From Squalus acanthias (taxonomy: Eukaryota): a stretch of DNA of 64,000 nt. The stretch covers positions 19,346,001-19,410,000 of the forward strand of contig CM059433.1 in assembly GCA_030390025.1 (NCBI GenBank). Reading direction: 5' to 3'. Positions 51,860-64,000 of the stretch are shown here, in pieces (within the stretch, counting starts at the first letter, position 1; each line of letters starts with the position of its first letter). Below the pieces are notes generated by a model. It was not told where the DNA came from, searched no databases, and worked only from the letters and a program-made list of their open reading frames with translations. The position numbers and the translations under genes are program-made.

Positions 51860-53100
51860 GCCCAAGCTGATAAAAAGACTGAATAGAACACCCTTAGAGG
51901 CATATGACTTATCAGGGGCACTGAACAGCAATTTGTAAAGGGCTTGACTAATTTAATCAAAGTCTTCGTCTATACACTTATTAATTTCCTCAAAGGGAAC
52001 ACAGTGGATGTGGAACTTAAGACTTACAAAAAGCATTTGTTAAAATGTCACATAAAAGACTTGTTACCAAGATCAAGGCCCTCAGTATTAAAAATAAAGT
52101 GGCACCATGTATAAATGGATGGTTGAAGGAAAAGAAGGTGAAGAATGGGCGTGAATAATTGATTCTTGGATTGGTAAGTGTAGCTATTGGTGTGACCCAG
52201 ATACCCAAATTGGAACCTCCCTTGATCTCAATATAAACAAACAATTTGGAATATGGCATGGAAAGAATCAGCAAAATTTGCTGATGACACCAAATTAGGA
52301 GGTATGGCAAGCTAACAAGAAATATACAAGACTAGAAGGACATAGATAGGTTAGGAGAGTGGGCACATAGCTGGCAAATACAGTTCAATAGCACACTTTG
52401 GCAAAAAAGATGGAAATATCCTCTAAAGGCTAAAAAATATCAATGGAGTGGATGAAGAGAGATTTCTAGGTGTAAATTCTAGGTGTAGATCTATATCTTT
52501 ACAAACAGGATTGTAGATAGATTCATCATGAAAAGGACAAATGGGGTTCTGGGTTTTATACAGGGGCAATAAACACAAAGCAAGGCGGTAACATGATTAG
52601 GCCATAGTACTGTGTGTACTCCATTATAAGAAGGAATGTAATTCCTAGGATACCAGTGATGAAAGGACATGGTCATGATGAGATTGCTGAAAAATTAGAG
52701 CGGCATTCAGTGGAGCACAGAAGGTTAAACTGGGGGAATTAATAGAAGAGTTCAAATTTTTTAAAAGGCTTTAAGAGGGCAAATTGGGACAGGTGAGTTC
52801 CACTGGTTGGTGAATCAGTAACAAGGGATATAAATTTAGGATCAGTACTAAAAACAAAGTGGGAGGGAAGTTCCAAAAAATATTTTTATGCAAAGGGTTG
52901 TTAGAATATGAAAATCATTTCCACAAGTGGCCACTGCAGATATTTCAATTATGGTATTTAAGAGAGAATCAGTTAAACAAAAAAAGAAAAAAAATGAAGT
53001 TTATAAGGAAATGCGATTAGAATAGAGAACTTTGATCTGGAGCTAGCACAGGCACAATAGGACCAAAAGACCTCATTCACTGATGAAATTTCTATGATCC
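51860..53100 (+). mobile_element. Old degenerate CR1 RT and 3' end
   Basis: aaatttgctgatgacacc (KFADDT) and a ttctatga tail at ~53092. Confidence 0.7.
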
Positions 53101-53159
53101 TTTGACTGCTCGGATTAAACCAAGCATCTTCACAATAAACAAAACTTTTAATGGCTGTA

Positions 53160-55058
53160 AGAGATCATAAAGTGTAAAAATACTTAACTGGAGGAGAGCT
53201 AACTTCAGTGAGTTATAAGGGAACTGTCCCAGGTGGATTGGAATAAAAATTGTTAGTAATTGAACAATGGGAGGTCTTCAAAGAGGAGATGGTTCAGGTA
53301 CAGAATAGACACATTCCCACGAGGAGGAAAGGAAGGGCATCCAAAGCTAGAGCTCCCTGGATGACTAAAGATATAGGCCTAGAAATTTGGAAGCGCCATT
53401 CGCTTTTCCCAGAGTGCTAACAGCTTGCGCTCAAATAGGGAGGTACAAGGAGCCCCAGATTTTGGGTCTCGGACCTCATTATCATGTAGATGGTGCTGCG
53501 GTAGGTGCCCGCGAATGTTAGTGGTCCAATTTTCAAGTAAGTGATTGGGTTGGATCATGGGGGCCTGGAGGAGAAACAGCTGGGCCTCGGAATCCGATCG
53601 GAAGGCTGTCGGGGGTCGGGTAGGGGGATCACAGGGTTCTGGAGTATTGTTAGGGAGTCGGGAGTGCCTGGAGGTGGTCGGAGATCTCGGGACTGGTGGT
53701 GATTATGGTTAGTATGTACTTTTTTTTTTTAAACTTATGTGGTGGCTAGCGTTGGTTTTTCCGGAGGCAATCAGCACTGCCTCAGGCGCAAACCAAAGTT
53801 GCAGCAGGCAACAGAAGCTGGCGTTAGGCCCTTTATTTGCATATGCAAACAGCCTAGCACCGGTTTCAGACATGGGTAAAGGACGCCTCTCGTTTGGTGT
53901 TACCAAGATGGCATCCTGCACAGCCCACACCAGAAATGTGCGTGGAGGCCAATTTGGACACAAAATGGCACCCGTAGCGCTGAAAAACTGGGTGCTACAG
54001 AGCCAAATTTCTAGCCCATAGAGATTAAAATGAAACAGAATAAGGAGGCTTATGACAAATGTAAGGTTCATCATGCAGTAGAAAACCAAGCTGAATATAG
54101 AAAGTACAGAGGAGGTCTAAAAAAGAGGGGCAAAGAGAGAGTATGAGAATAGATTAGTGGCTAATGTAAAAGGGAACCCAAAAGTGTTTTATCAAGATAT
54201 AAATAGTAAAAGGCTAGCCAAAGAAAGGGTGGGGCGAATTAGGGACCAAAAAGGAGATATTCTTATGGAGGCAGGAAGCATGGCCGAGGCACTAAAAGTT
54301 TGCATCCATATTCACTAAAGAGGATACCTCCAACGTAGCAGTAAAGGAGGAGGTAGTAGTGATATTGGATAGGATAAAATAGATAAAGAGGTACTTAAAA
54401 GGTTGGCAGTCCTTCAAGTAGAAGAGACACCTGGTCCGAATGGGATGCACCCTAGGTTACTGAGGGAAGCAAGGGTGGAAATTGCAGAGTCTCTGGCCAC
54501 AATCTTCCAATCCTCCTTAGATATGGGGGTGGTGCCAGAGGACTGGCGGATTTCAAATGTTACAAACTTGTTTAAAAAAGAGAGGGACAAACCTGGCAAC
54601 TACAGGCCAAACAGTTGGTGGTGGGGAAGCTTATAGAGACAATTATCCGGGACAAAATAAATTGGCATTTGGAAATTTATGGACTAATAAATGAAAGTTA
54701 GCACTGATTTGTTAAAGGCAAATCACGTTTGACTAACTTGATCGCATTCTTTGATGAAGTAATAGAGAGGGTTGATGAGGGTAGTGCAGTTGATGATGTG
54801 TATATGGACTTTCAAAAGGGGTTTGACAAAGTACTACATAATAGTCTTGTCAGCAATATTAAAGCCCATGGGGTTAAAGGGACAGTGGCAGTATGGATAC
54901 AAAATTGGCTATGGGATAGAGAGTAGCGGTGAACAGTTGTTTTTCCAGACTGGAGCCAATTATACAGTGGCGTTCCCCAGGGGTCGGTATTAGGACTACT
55001 GCTCTTTCTGATATATATTAACGACCTGAACCTGGCATTTCAGGGCATCATTTCAAAG
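53160..55058 (+). mobile_element. CR1 ORF2 fragment split by a MITE
   Basis: Colinear with ~26000-26870 and ~28210-29460; YMDFQKGFDKV peptide. Confidence 0.85.
53376..54017. mobile_element. Harbinger-like MITE
   Basis: 15-bp TIRs GGCCTAGAAATTTGG / CCAAATTTCTAGCCC; exact TSD ATA; removing it restores CR1 aaagatatagagattaaaatg. Confidence 0.9.
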
Positions 55059-56706
55059 AATAGAGGAAATTACAGATATAGGTGGGGCGAAGTCATGGAA
55101 GGATCTATCAATGATACGAATTTTTAAATCAATGCAATGGGAGAGGGACAGCAAGCAGAGATTGGAAACATGCAATCGGGTAGCGGACGATGGAATTTTG
55201 AAAGGATTGAACAAGTGTTGGCAGTATAGCCAATATTGTTATACCAACATAAATATTCCGACAAAACAAATTTCAAACAGAATAGCACTGCTACACACCC
55301 ATGGTCACTATTTAAAACATGGGTGGGCTGTGCAAACTGCTGCTGCACATTCCCACTCAGCTGCAACTCAACTATGTCGCAAGGGCAACCACACAACTGT
55401 GACAAATGCAATATATTTACTTTGTAAGCAGCTCTTAAAATATTAAATAGAATATGTGCATTTTTCAAAGGAATTGCTTTATTTAATGTGAACTCCAAAT
55501 GTTTGTCAACATTATCACCATAATGACCATCTATTTTGATATAGTAAACATTTTTTATCTATGTGCACTTCTTGTCAAGTTTTTCCCACAAGTTCTTAAA
55601 TTCACATTTATAAAGGAAACTGCCTAGCCAAAGTTGTAACATTGTCACCAATGAAGATGCAGGTGGAGGTGGCAAGTACAACATGACAAGTTTACATAGG
55701 CACTTTCCATTATAAATGTTGACAAAGGAGTTTGTAATAGAATTATAAAAAAAGGAACCGAATGTATGACATTAAAATGGAGATTAAATGATATCTGCAA
55801 GCCGTGGCCCAATTATCCCTTGCACTCTAAGCCTGCTTCACTTGAAGACTACACTTGATTTTGTTCTGTGTGCAGTTCCACAGAAGAACAACTTTGACAA
55901 GTTGGAGAAAAGGTTTTTTTTTAAAAAAGAAACTATTACCCCAAATTTAGCCAGTTATTTGTTATGTTTAATTTTGCTATTTATTTTACTTTTTCTAAAA
56001 CGAAGGAAGCATAAATATTCATATCATCTAAATCAAGTTAGGGTTTTAAAAAGTCTCTGGAGTCGACTAAAAAATCATATTCCCGATGCAATGCAACTCA
56101 TCTTTGATTGGGGTGGGGACGGGATGTCAGGCAAAGTTCTCTGCTTCCTACCGAAAATGGCCAAATAACTGATATTCCTGTAGTGGTGTAATGCATTGTG
56201 GTATTGTGTTATGAGAGGGACAGCAGAAAATTACTAATATTACATCCATACTGACGAGTTGACCTATTAGCTTGTGTGAAGAATACAATGAGTCCAAAAC
56301 CTTTTCTAAATCTCCAGAGTTGTCCCTGTATCCTGACCAAACCAGTATTGTGCACATAAAGCTACAAATGTTTAAAAAGAAACTGTCTCTGCCTCATGGT
56401 CTTATTTTCAGTAGATAACGCTAATGCAATGGAAAAAAAAGTGAATGTGCACTCACATGAAACTTTGTCTTGTAGCAACAGGAAAACCATGGCTTTGGCT
56501 GCATGTTTGTGAAATTGGTGAATATGACCACATTCAGGGGTACATAGTTCCCTTTTTCTCTCAAAGTAAAAGTGGATGTATGTGTTATTTGCCTTTTATG
56601 CAAATACAGTAGAAAACTGTATGCACACCATACTTTGTACACTTTAATAGAAAATTGCATCTTGTAAAAAATGTTATGGAATTATTGTTACATGAACTAT
56701 ACTTAC

Positions 56707-56791
56707 TGTCCTCTTACTTTCAGGTAAAGATTTACTTTCATTCATTGCAGGAAATAAGGATTCATCAACATGGGTACTTGTTGCCATACAC
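56707..56791 (-). CDS. MCPH1: Microcephalin exon (exon 4 equivalent), end of BRCT1
   Basis: 85 nt, aag| ... |gtaagt. Translates CMATSTHVDESLFPAMNESKSLPESKRT (human CRTAGAHIDESLFPA). Phase 2 to 0. Confidence 0.95.
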
Positions 56792-58652
56792 CTTTAAGAC
56801 AAGTTATGCAAGGTTAACATTTGGCAGGAGGACTAACTCCAAGACTTCACTTGTTCCAGTGTATTTCAGCCAAATATCAATCCAAATGTTTTCTTCCAGA
56901 TGGTTTTCCTTATGATAATATCTTGATTAGTGGCATAAAAAAATCATTTCAAGGTTAAGGACCCTCACTGCCCACCAGTGACTGCATTCTAAACATCCAG
57001 TTTTAACAATGTTTAAAGTAAAACCTTACTTTATTACCCCACACACTGACTGTAACTCATCTTTAAGCATATCTAGTCTGGTTTGAAATATATAAGCAGG
57101 CAATAACATGCACTGAAATTTTCACCTGGTGTTCCTGACAATTTCTTTTAAATTAAAACAAGAAAGCTTTAAGAAAAGAAATACATTTCTATTAAAATCA
57201 TATCATATCAAAACACAAATATGGTGGGTAAAGTAAGCTCTAGCTTCATTATAATACAGCCCACTGCAACTAAGCACTTCACAAGCTACAAGGAGATGCA
57301 TGTAACATCTTACAACATAGTGACAAATGTCATAAAAATGTTGGGTGCAAAGTCCAGTAACCAGATAACAGATGGTGTTAAATGAAGCATGTTATAATGC
57401 AGGTGGGCAAGTATCAAGATTAGACATAATGGCAAGTTCTAAAAACCTACATTCCAAAAATTAAAATGGTCTGTGTAATGGAAACAGACAACAAGTTATT
57501 ACAATTTTGTACCTCCTAACCCTTATGTTAGCATTACGGTGGCAACTATTGAAAATAAAATTTGGATAGAACTATTAAATGAAGTAAAATCTATTTAAAA
57601 AAAAAGAAAAATACCCTACCCGGCCATTTATAATTCACATTACAAAGTGCAAAAATCACTTGTGTAAAAGTTACAGTGCATGAAGCTGTTTTTAAGTTAC
57701 ATAAAGAATTAAATGTAGCCTGATGGCTTCACAGACCATCATTTTCTGCATATTGTTCCATTAGAAAAATGGTAGGACTTTAGGAGAGGGGTTCTGGATT
57801 ACAATTTTCAACAGTTCTAATCAATATAGCATAGCATTCCAACCCATATCTACTGGTAACTGATGAATGTGGCAGAGATCCATGATCTGCGGAGATGACA
57901 AAAAAAATAAGGAAAGGGAAGAGCATGGATAAGAGCATAACATGAAAAATAAAAGGAAAAAACAATTAAGCCAGAAGGAAGAAAAGTTGTTGGGCAACTG
58001 GTACAAAGCCCCTAGAGAGAGTGTATTTATTTTGTCCTAATAATAGTCCGTAAATTATAGCTCCAAAATACACAGGAAACCTTTGACCTTTCATATTTAT
58101 ACACAAGTCTTAAGGTTGTAAAATTACAAGCATATCAGACACAACACATAATGGAAATGCAATTTAATTGTTTTCCCTAAGAATTTATGCTGGTTATAAT
58201 CAATGTTTTTTTAATAAAACATCAAATAGCAAAAGTTCATCATTAAAAGTCACTTTACTTAATAATTTTCTACAGGAAATAATTTTAAGAACAAAATCAG
58301 TAAATAACATTGGAAAGATTTAAGGCTTGCTGAAAAACCAGTTGTGGGGCTCTCAATTTAGGTAATGAATTCCAAAAATCCATTAAAAAGATAAAATCAC
58401 ACTGAAATCTGTAATAGTTCTTTGATTTATGCTGTAAGCCTAACTTTCAGAAATCCTTAAGTAATATAGAACAGAATCATTAGGCATAATGTGCAGTATG
58501 GAAAATTTTGATTTCAAAGAAAATATACACAGTATATTTATGTCAGGTTGTCTGAAAATGAAAAATTCACTTACCATCTCACTTTCAAATAAGCCAACAG
58601 CCCAACTTGCAAAACAATAGCTTTTAAGAAATGACTATTAAAATGTTAATAC

Positions 58653-58771
58653 CTTTCCACCCAAAGTACAGACACCAACTTTACACCAGTTTTCTTGGCC
58701 TTTTTCCAAACACTTTCATGTCCATCCTTGAAAACTACATGGGTCACTTGCTTATTGAAGTATTTTAAAAC
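58653..58771 (-). CDS. MCPH1: Microcephalin exon (human exon 3 equivalent), N-terminal BRCT domain
   Basis: 119 nt between cag| and |gtatt. Translates [39 protein letters not shown](R), matching recalled human [40 protein letters not shown]. Phase 0 to 2. Confidence 0.96.
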
Positions 58772-58859
58772 CTGCAAGCAGATAAAATAAGACACAGGGT
58801 TTAAAAAAAAGCGCTCTCTAAATTCACTGATTTTTAAACAGAATCCATTACAAAACTCA

Positions 58860-59162
58860 ACAGTGCAGCGGTACTACAATCTGCATTTCAAACCACACTT
58901 GAAGTCCAACACCAAGTCTATTAACGTCTTTTGATGAGACTTTAAATCAAGACCTCACCTACCCCAACAAGTGAATATAAAAAATCCCATAGCACTATTC
59001 GAAAATAGAAGAGTTCTCCTGGCTAGTATTTAATCCTCTATAAAAACATGATTAACTTAGATTATCTAGTCATTTAATTGCTGTTTGTGGGACCTTAATG
59101 TGTGCACATTGGCTGCCGTGTTTCCCTACATTACAACAGTGACTACACTTCAAAAGTACTTT
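58860..59162 (+). mobile_element. Degenerate tRNA-derived SINE
   Basis: cctacattacaacagtgactacacttcaaaagtact core shared with the other SINE copies. Confidence 0.7.
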
Positions 59163-60708
59163 GAGAGTAAAAACTCTGAGTGAATCTTTTTAATTATCCT
59201 GTCAGAATGTTAAACCAAATACAGCGGTTCTGCACTAAGACCTTGTAGTTCATTAATTCTGCAAGCCAAAACTGAAGCCAACAGAAGTTCAGTTTTCAGT
59301 GCAAGTAACTTAAACCCATTTAATGACATTCAAACAATGGATACATAAACCTCTGGAGAATTAAACTGAAATCCTGCTGGGAGAACCAGTGAGGACCTAT
59401 GGACAGACTTGACAGAACACCTTTGCACAAGCATTTTTCATTTTGTTTTAGTGGATGCCCTACTGGAAATAGTCACGGTATTTACTGAGGATGGGAGACT
59501 TTCGAGCCTGTTCCAGATATTCTTCAGGGTTTAGCATCATCAATGTCTCCTGGAAGCAGATCCCAATGTCCCTTACGATCAGAACTTTACCTTTACTGCC
59601 GAATATCTAGTAATACAGTGAAAACTTCTTGTTATATGAACGGAGGCCGGTGGGGGGGGAGGTGTGGAGGCAGAGAGGGGGCGGAGGTGCAGCTGTCCTC
59701 CCCAAGTCTACTATGTACACCGATTCCATAACTGTTCATCGCCTCTCCCAGGAGATTGCACGGCTTCCAGGTGGGGTGTGGACTCGTGTGGAGTGTAGGT
59801 ATTGTGATGCACAAGACATCACCATTGTGTGGGACAGACTGGATGGACCAGTAGGTCTTTTCCTGTCCGTCACTTTTCGTATGCTTCCACGGTTGTTAGG
59901 CCAACACGTGGCTCAACCTATCCCTGCCTGCTCCTCCATTCAGTCCCCACTGCAATACTGCTGTGGAACTCAATATCTCTCTCCCACTACTAGCTCTTTG
60001 ATGGCCAGTGTTTCCACCTAGTAGAGGCTAAATCCAATTTCCACTTAAGGTAACGCAGGACTGGAAGTGCAGACTGGGCTTCTAAATTTTCTTTTTCTCG
60101 GTTACCAGTTCATTGCACTACTTCTTCTCTATGCTCGAGTATATTTATTTTGCCCATTTTATTAATTCTTTTGTCTCTCCATTTAATGATATTTCTTCTT
60201 ATTCTGCACACATTTAATCACATTTGTTCACATATAGCATACCATGGTGATCAACAGGTATACCCCTAAGAAGTAAACTATGTAATTGACACACAAAAAA
60301 AACCAAAAACAAACCTCCCTATCCCATTTCTCAATCAATTCCCTCCTCTAATGCATAACCAACAGTGTGTGGATCTCATCTGGCCTGCTCAGTACCTCCT
60401 TACAGTGGCATGCCGAGATCAAGTGAGCATATACAGTTTTAGGAAATCATGTGTGTCTTATCCCTTCTTGGCCCAGCACCACATTACTGTCAGGCAGAAA
60501 TTTCTAATCAGTCAAGTATACTGCACTCACTTAGCTGAATACATTTAAATATGGATTTTAAGCTTTGCAGAACAGATTTTCCAGATGTACAGCAATATCA
60601 AAATGCATATATACACAGTAAATATCATTTTTCTTCTTTTGCATGTACTACCAAGGGAGGCAGTAGGGCAAATTCAAGACATAATATTCAAGACAAAATC
60701 AAGAATAA

Positions 60709-60940
60709 ATGATGAGCTCCCGACCACATATCCGCAACATAACTAAGACCGCCTATTTCCACCTCGGTAACATCGCCCGTCTCCGCCCTTGTCTCAGCTC
60801 ATCCGCTGCTGAAACCCTCATCCATGCCTTTGTTACCTCTAGACTTGACTATTCCAGCGCACTCCTGTCTGGCCTCCCACATTCTACCCTACGTAAACTT
60901 GAGGTGATCCAAAACTCACACCAAGTCCCGGTCACCCATC
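60709..60940 (+). mobile_element. L2 LINE RT C-terminal fragment
   Basis: HIRNITKTAYFHLGNIARLRP...LIHAFVTSRLDY is typical of the L2 clade. Confidence 0.85.
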
Positions 60941-63352
60941 CTTCTTCTTAGGCAGTCCCTCGGACCCGAGGGTGACTTGCTTCCACATTAAAAATGAGTT
61001 CTCAGGTGACTGGTGAGTCCAATGCGGGACCTAGTCTCTGCCACAGGTGGGGCAGACGGTGGTTGAAGGGGCAGGTGGGTGGGGTGTTTGGGTTGACGTG
61101 CGCTCCTTCCGCTTGCTCCCGACGAAGAGACTCGAGGTGTTCAGCGCCTTCCCGGCTGCTTCTCCTCCACTTTGTATGGTCTTGGGCCAGGGATTCCCAG
61201 GTGTCGGTGGGGATGTTGCACTTTTTCAAGGAGGCTTTGAGGGTGTCCTTGAAGCGTTTCCTCTGCCCACCTGGGGCTCTCTTGCCGTGCCGGAGCTCCG
61301 AGTAGAGCGCTTGTTTTGGGAGTCTCGTATCGGGCATGCGGATGATGTGACCCATCCATCGGAGCTGATCGAGCGTGGTCAAAGCTTCGCTGCTAGGGAT
61401 GTTGGCCTGAGCGAGAACACGGACGTTGGTGCGCCTATCCTGCCAATGGATTTGCAGGATCTTGCGGAGGCAGCGTTGGTGGTACCTCTCCAGTGCTTTG
61501 AGGTGCCTGCTGTACATGGTCCATGTCTCTGAGGCATACAGCAGGGCGGGTATCACTGCTGCTCTGTAGACCATGAGCTTAGTGCCGGGTTTGAGGTCCT
61601 GGTCTTGAAACACTCTCTTCCTCAGGCGACCAAAGGCTGCACTGGCACACTGAAGGCGGTGTTGGACTTCGTCATCGACGTCTGCCCTTGTTGACAGTAG
61701 GCTCCCGCGGTGTGGAAAGTGGTCCACGTTGTCCAAGACCTTGTCGTGGATTTTGATAATCGGGGGGCAGTACTGTGTGACGGGAGCAGGTTGGTAGAGG
61801 ACGTTTGTCTTACAGATGTTTAGTGTAAGGCCTATGCTCTCATACGCTTCGGTGAAGGTGTTGACGATGGTTTGGAGTTCGACCTCCGAGTGAGCGCAGA
61901 CGCAAGCGTCGTCTGCATACTGTAATTCGACAACAGAGGATGGGATGGCCTTGGATCTGGACTGGAGGCGACGGAGGTTGAACAGTTTTCCATTTGTTCT
62001 GTAAATTAGCTCCACTCCAGCAGGGAGCTTACTGAGGGTGAGATGGAGCATTGCAGCAAGGAAGATCGAGATGCGCGTTGGTGCGATGACACAGCCTTGC
62101 TTGACCCCGGTCCGTACGTGAATTGGGTATGTGGTGGAACCGTTGGTCAGGATCACGGCTTGCATGTCGTTGTGAAGCAGGCGGAGGATGGTGACAAACT
62201 TTTGAGGGCAGCCGAATTTGAGGAGGACACTCCATAATCCCTCACGGTTGACAGTGTCGAAGGCCTTTGTGAGATCAAAGAAGGCCATGTACAGCGGTTG
62301 GTGCTGATCCCTGCATTTCTCTTGTAATTGATGTGCGGTGAAGATCATGTCCATTGTGCCCCTTAGTGGGTGGAATCCGCATTGCGACTCTGGGAGGAGC
62401 TCTTCAGCCACTAGGAGAAGGCGATTGAGGAGGATTCTTGCGATGACATTCCCTGTGGCAGACAACAGGGAAACTCCTCTGTAATTACTGCAATCGGACT
62501 GGTTACCTTTCTTGAAGATGGTCACAATTACGGCGTCTCTGAGATCCCCTGGCATGCTCTCCTCCTTCCAGATAAGAGAAATTAGTTCATGAATTCGCGC
62601 CAGTAGTGCTTCTCCACCATGCTTTAGTGCATCGGCAGGGATTCCATCTGCTCCCGAGGCCTTGTTGTTCTTCAGTTGTCGGATGGCCTTTTCAACCTCA
62701 TGCCGGGCTGGGGTTGTGCTGAGATGGTGGCGGGTAGCATGCTGCGGGATGTAGTTGAGGACACTCGCGTCGAAGACAGAGTCTCGGTTAAGGAGATCGT
62801 CAAAGTGCTCCTTCCAGCGGGCACTGACTGCCTCTCTGTCCTTGATGAGTACCTCTCCGTTCTTGGTCTGCAGTGGGGTAGGACTTGGGTGCTTGGGCCG
62901 TAGATGGTCTTGACTGCGCTAAAGAATCCACGCACGTCGTGGTTGTCGGCTAGCTGCTGGATCTCCTGCGCGTTCTCCACCCACCATCTGTTCTTTAGGT
63001 CGCGAGTGTTTTGTTGGACCTCGGCCTTCAGGCGTCTGTAGAGCTACTTTCTTGCTCTCGAGTTGTGTTGCTGTTTCCAGATCAGGAATGCCTTGCGCTT
63101 ACGGCTTATTAGCTCCTGGATCTCCTGGTCGTTCTCGTCAAACCAGTCTTGGTGTTTCTTGGTCGAGTGACCGAGCGTCTATTCACAGGTGCTGATTATG
63201 GAGGCCTTGAGTGCAGACAAGGTGCTGTGGGCACTCTGTGTCTCTGCATCACTGGGAGTCGTCAGGTTGTTTGAGAGGTGCAGGCTGAATAGGGCTTTCT
63301 TAGCGGGATCTTTGAGTGCTCCAGCGTTGATTTTCCTGCAGCATTGTTTTTT
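60941..63352 (-). mobile_element. 5'-truncated RTE-clade (BovB-like) LINE
   Basis: 517-aa ORF with FFDLTKAFDTV, GVKQGC, LQYADD and LLYASETW; (GAA)n tail at 60941-60949; frameshifted upstream part. Confidence 0.92.
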
Positions 63353-64000
63353 ACAAGATGGCTCCTGGGCTGGCAGCTCCCTCGGGAGCTCCTTTGCCAT
63401 CCTTTGCCCTTTTCTCCCGTCTTCTCTCTTCTGCTGTTTAAGTTCCCCTGGCTCTAATAGTGGGATAATTTTATCCCTAACTGCAAGTTCAAGCTGCAAG
63501 GTTAAAGTTACCTGAGCTAACTGCCCATCCCACGACCATGCCTGTTCTTTGTTCTCAGTGAGCACTGGCTCTTCACTTAAACTTAGCTCCCAAACCTCTC
63601 TGCCTTCAAGACTACGCTTCTCCACTGGACTAGTGATCTAGTGACTAGTGGATCGCGAGTGGAGCTCGGGGCCAGAGATCGCGAGAATATCAGTGCTAAT
63701 TTGATCCTGAGAGACAACATCATTCATGTCAGAGGCCGGGACCCAGGGGCGAGGACGAGCCCAGCAGCGAGGTCAAGGCCCAGGAGTGGCACAGCGTGGA
63801 CCAGCAGCGGGGTCAGGGCCCAGGGAAGGTGCGGCACGGGCCAATAGCGAGGTCGGGAGGACCACAATGCATCCTACGAAACCCAGGCAGAGAGGACCTG
63901 CGAGAAGGAGGGAGGAGGATAGTAGCATTATGTCTGTGTGTGTGTGGGTGCTAGGCCGTTGTAGCAGAGCCTGGTCTCCAATCGTCTTGGATCCCCTTGC

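Noticed and set aside
58772..64000. MCPH1 exons 1-2 and promoter
   Set aside because: No VAYVEVWS-like exon found; the CpG-rich end looks repeat-derived.

Overview
Vertebrate genomic DNA, most likely a shark or other cartilaginous fish judging by the repeat families (inference). The window holds the middle of the microcephalin gene MCPH1 on the minus strand. Seven exons, equivalent to human exons 3-9, splice in phase into 2019 nt (673 codons). They cover most of the N-terminal BRCT domain and the large central exon with the condensin II-binding motif. Exons 1-2 and 10-14 were not found in the window. The introns are dense with mobile elements: nested CR1 LINEs (one young and nearly intact, with a 37-bp tandem array at its 5' end and a doubled 3' tail), an RTE LINE, a LINE with a tRNA-SINE-like head, L2 fragments, tRNA-derived SINEs, a hAT element, and at least five Harbinger-type elements, two with Myb/SANT gene remnants. 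Main points of interest: an exon 8 read-through ending in Ser-Met-stop followed by AATAAA (like the human short isoform), a GC-AG intron, and the architecture of the young CR1. All calls were made by eye; no database search was run.
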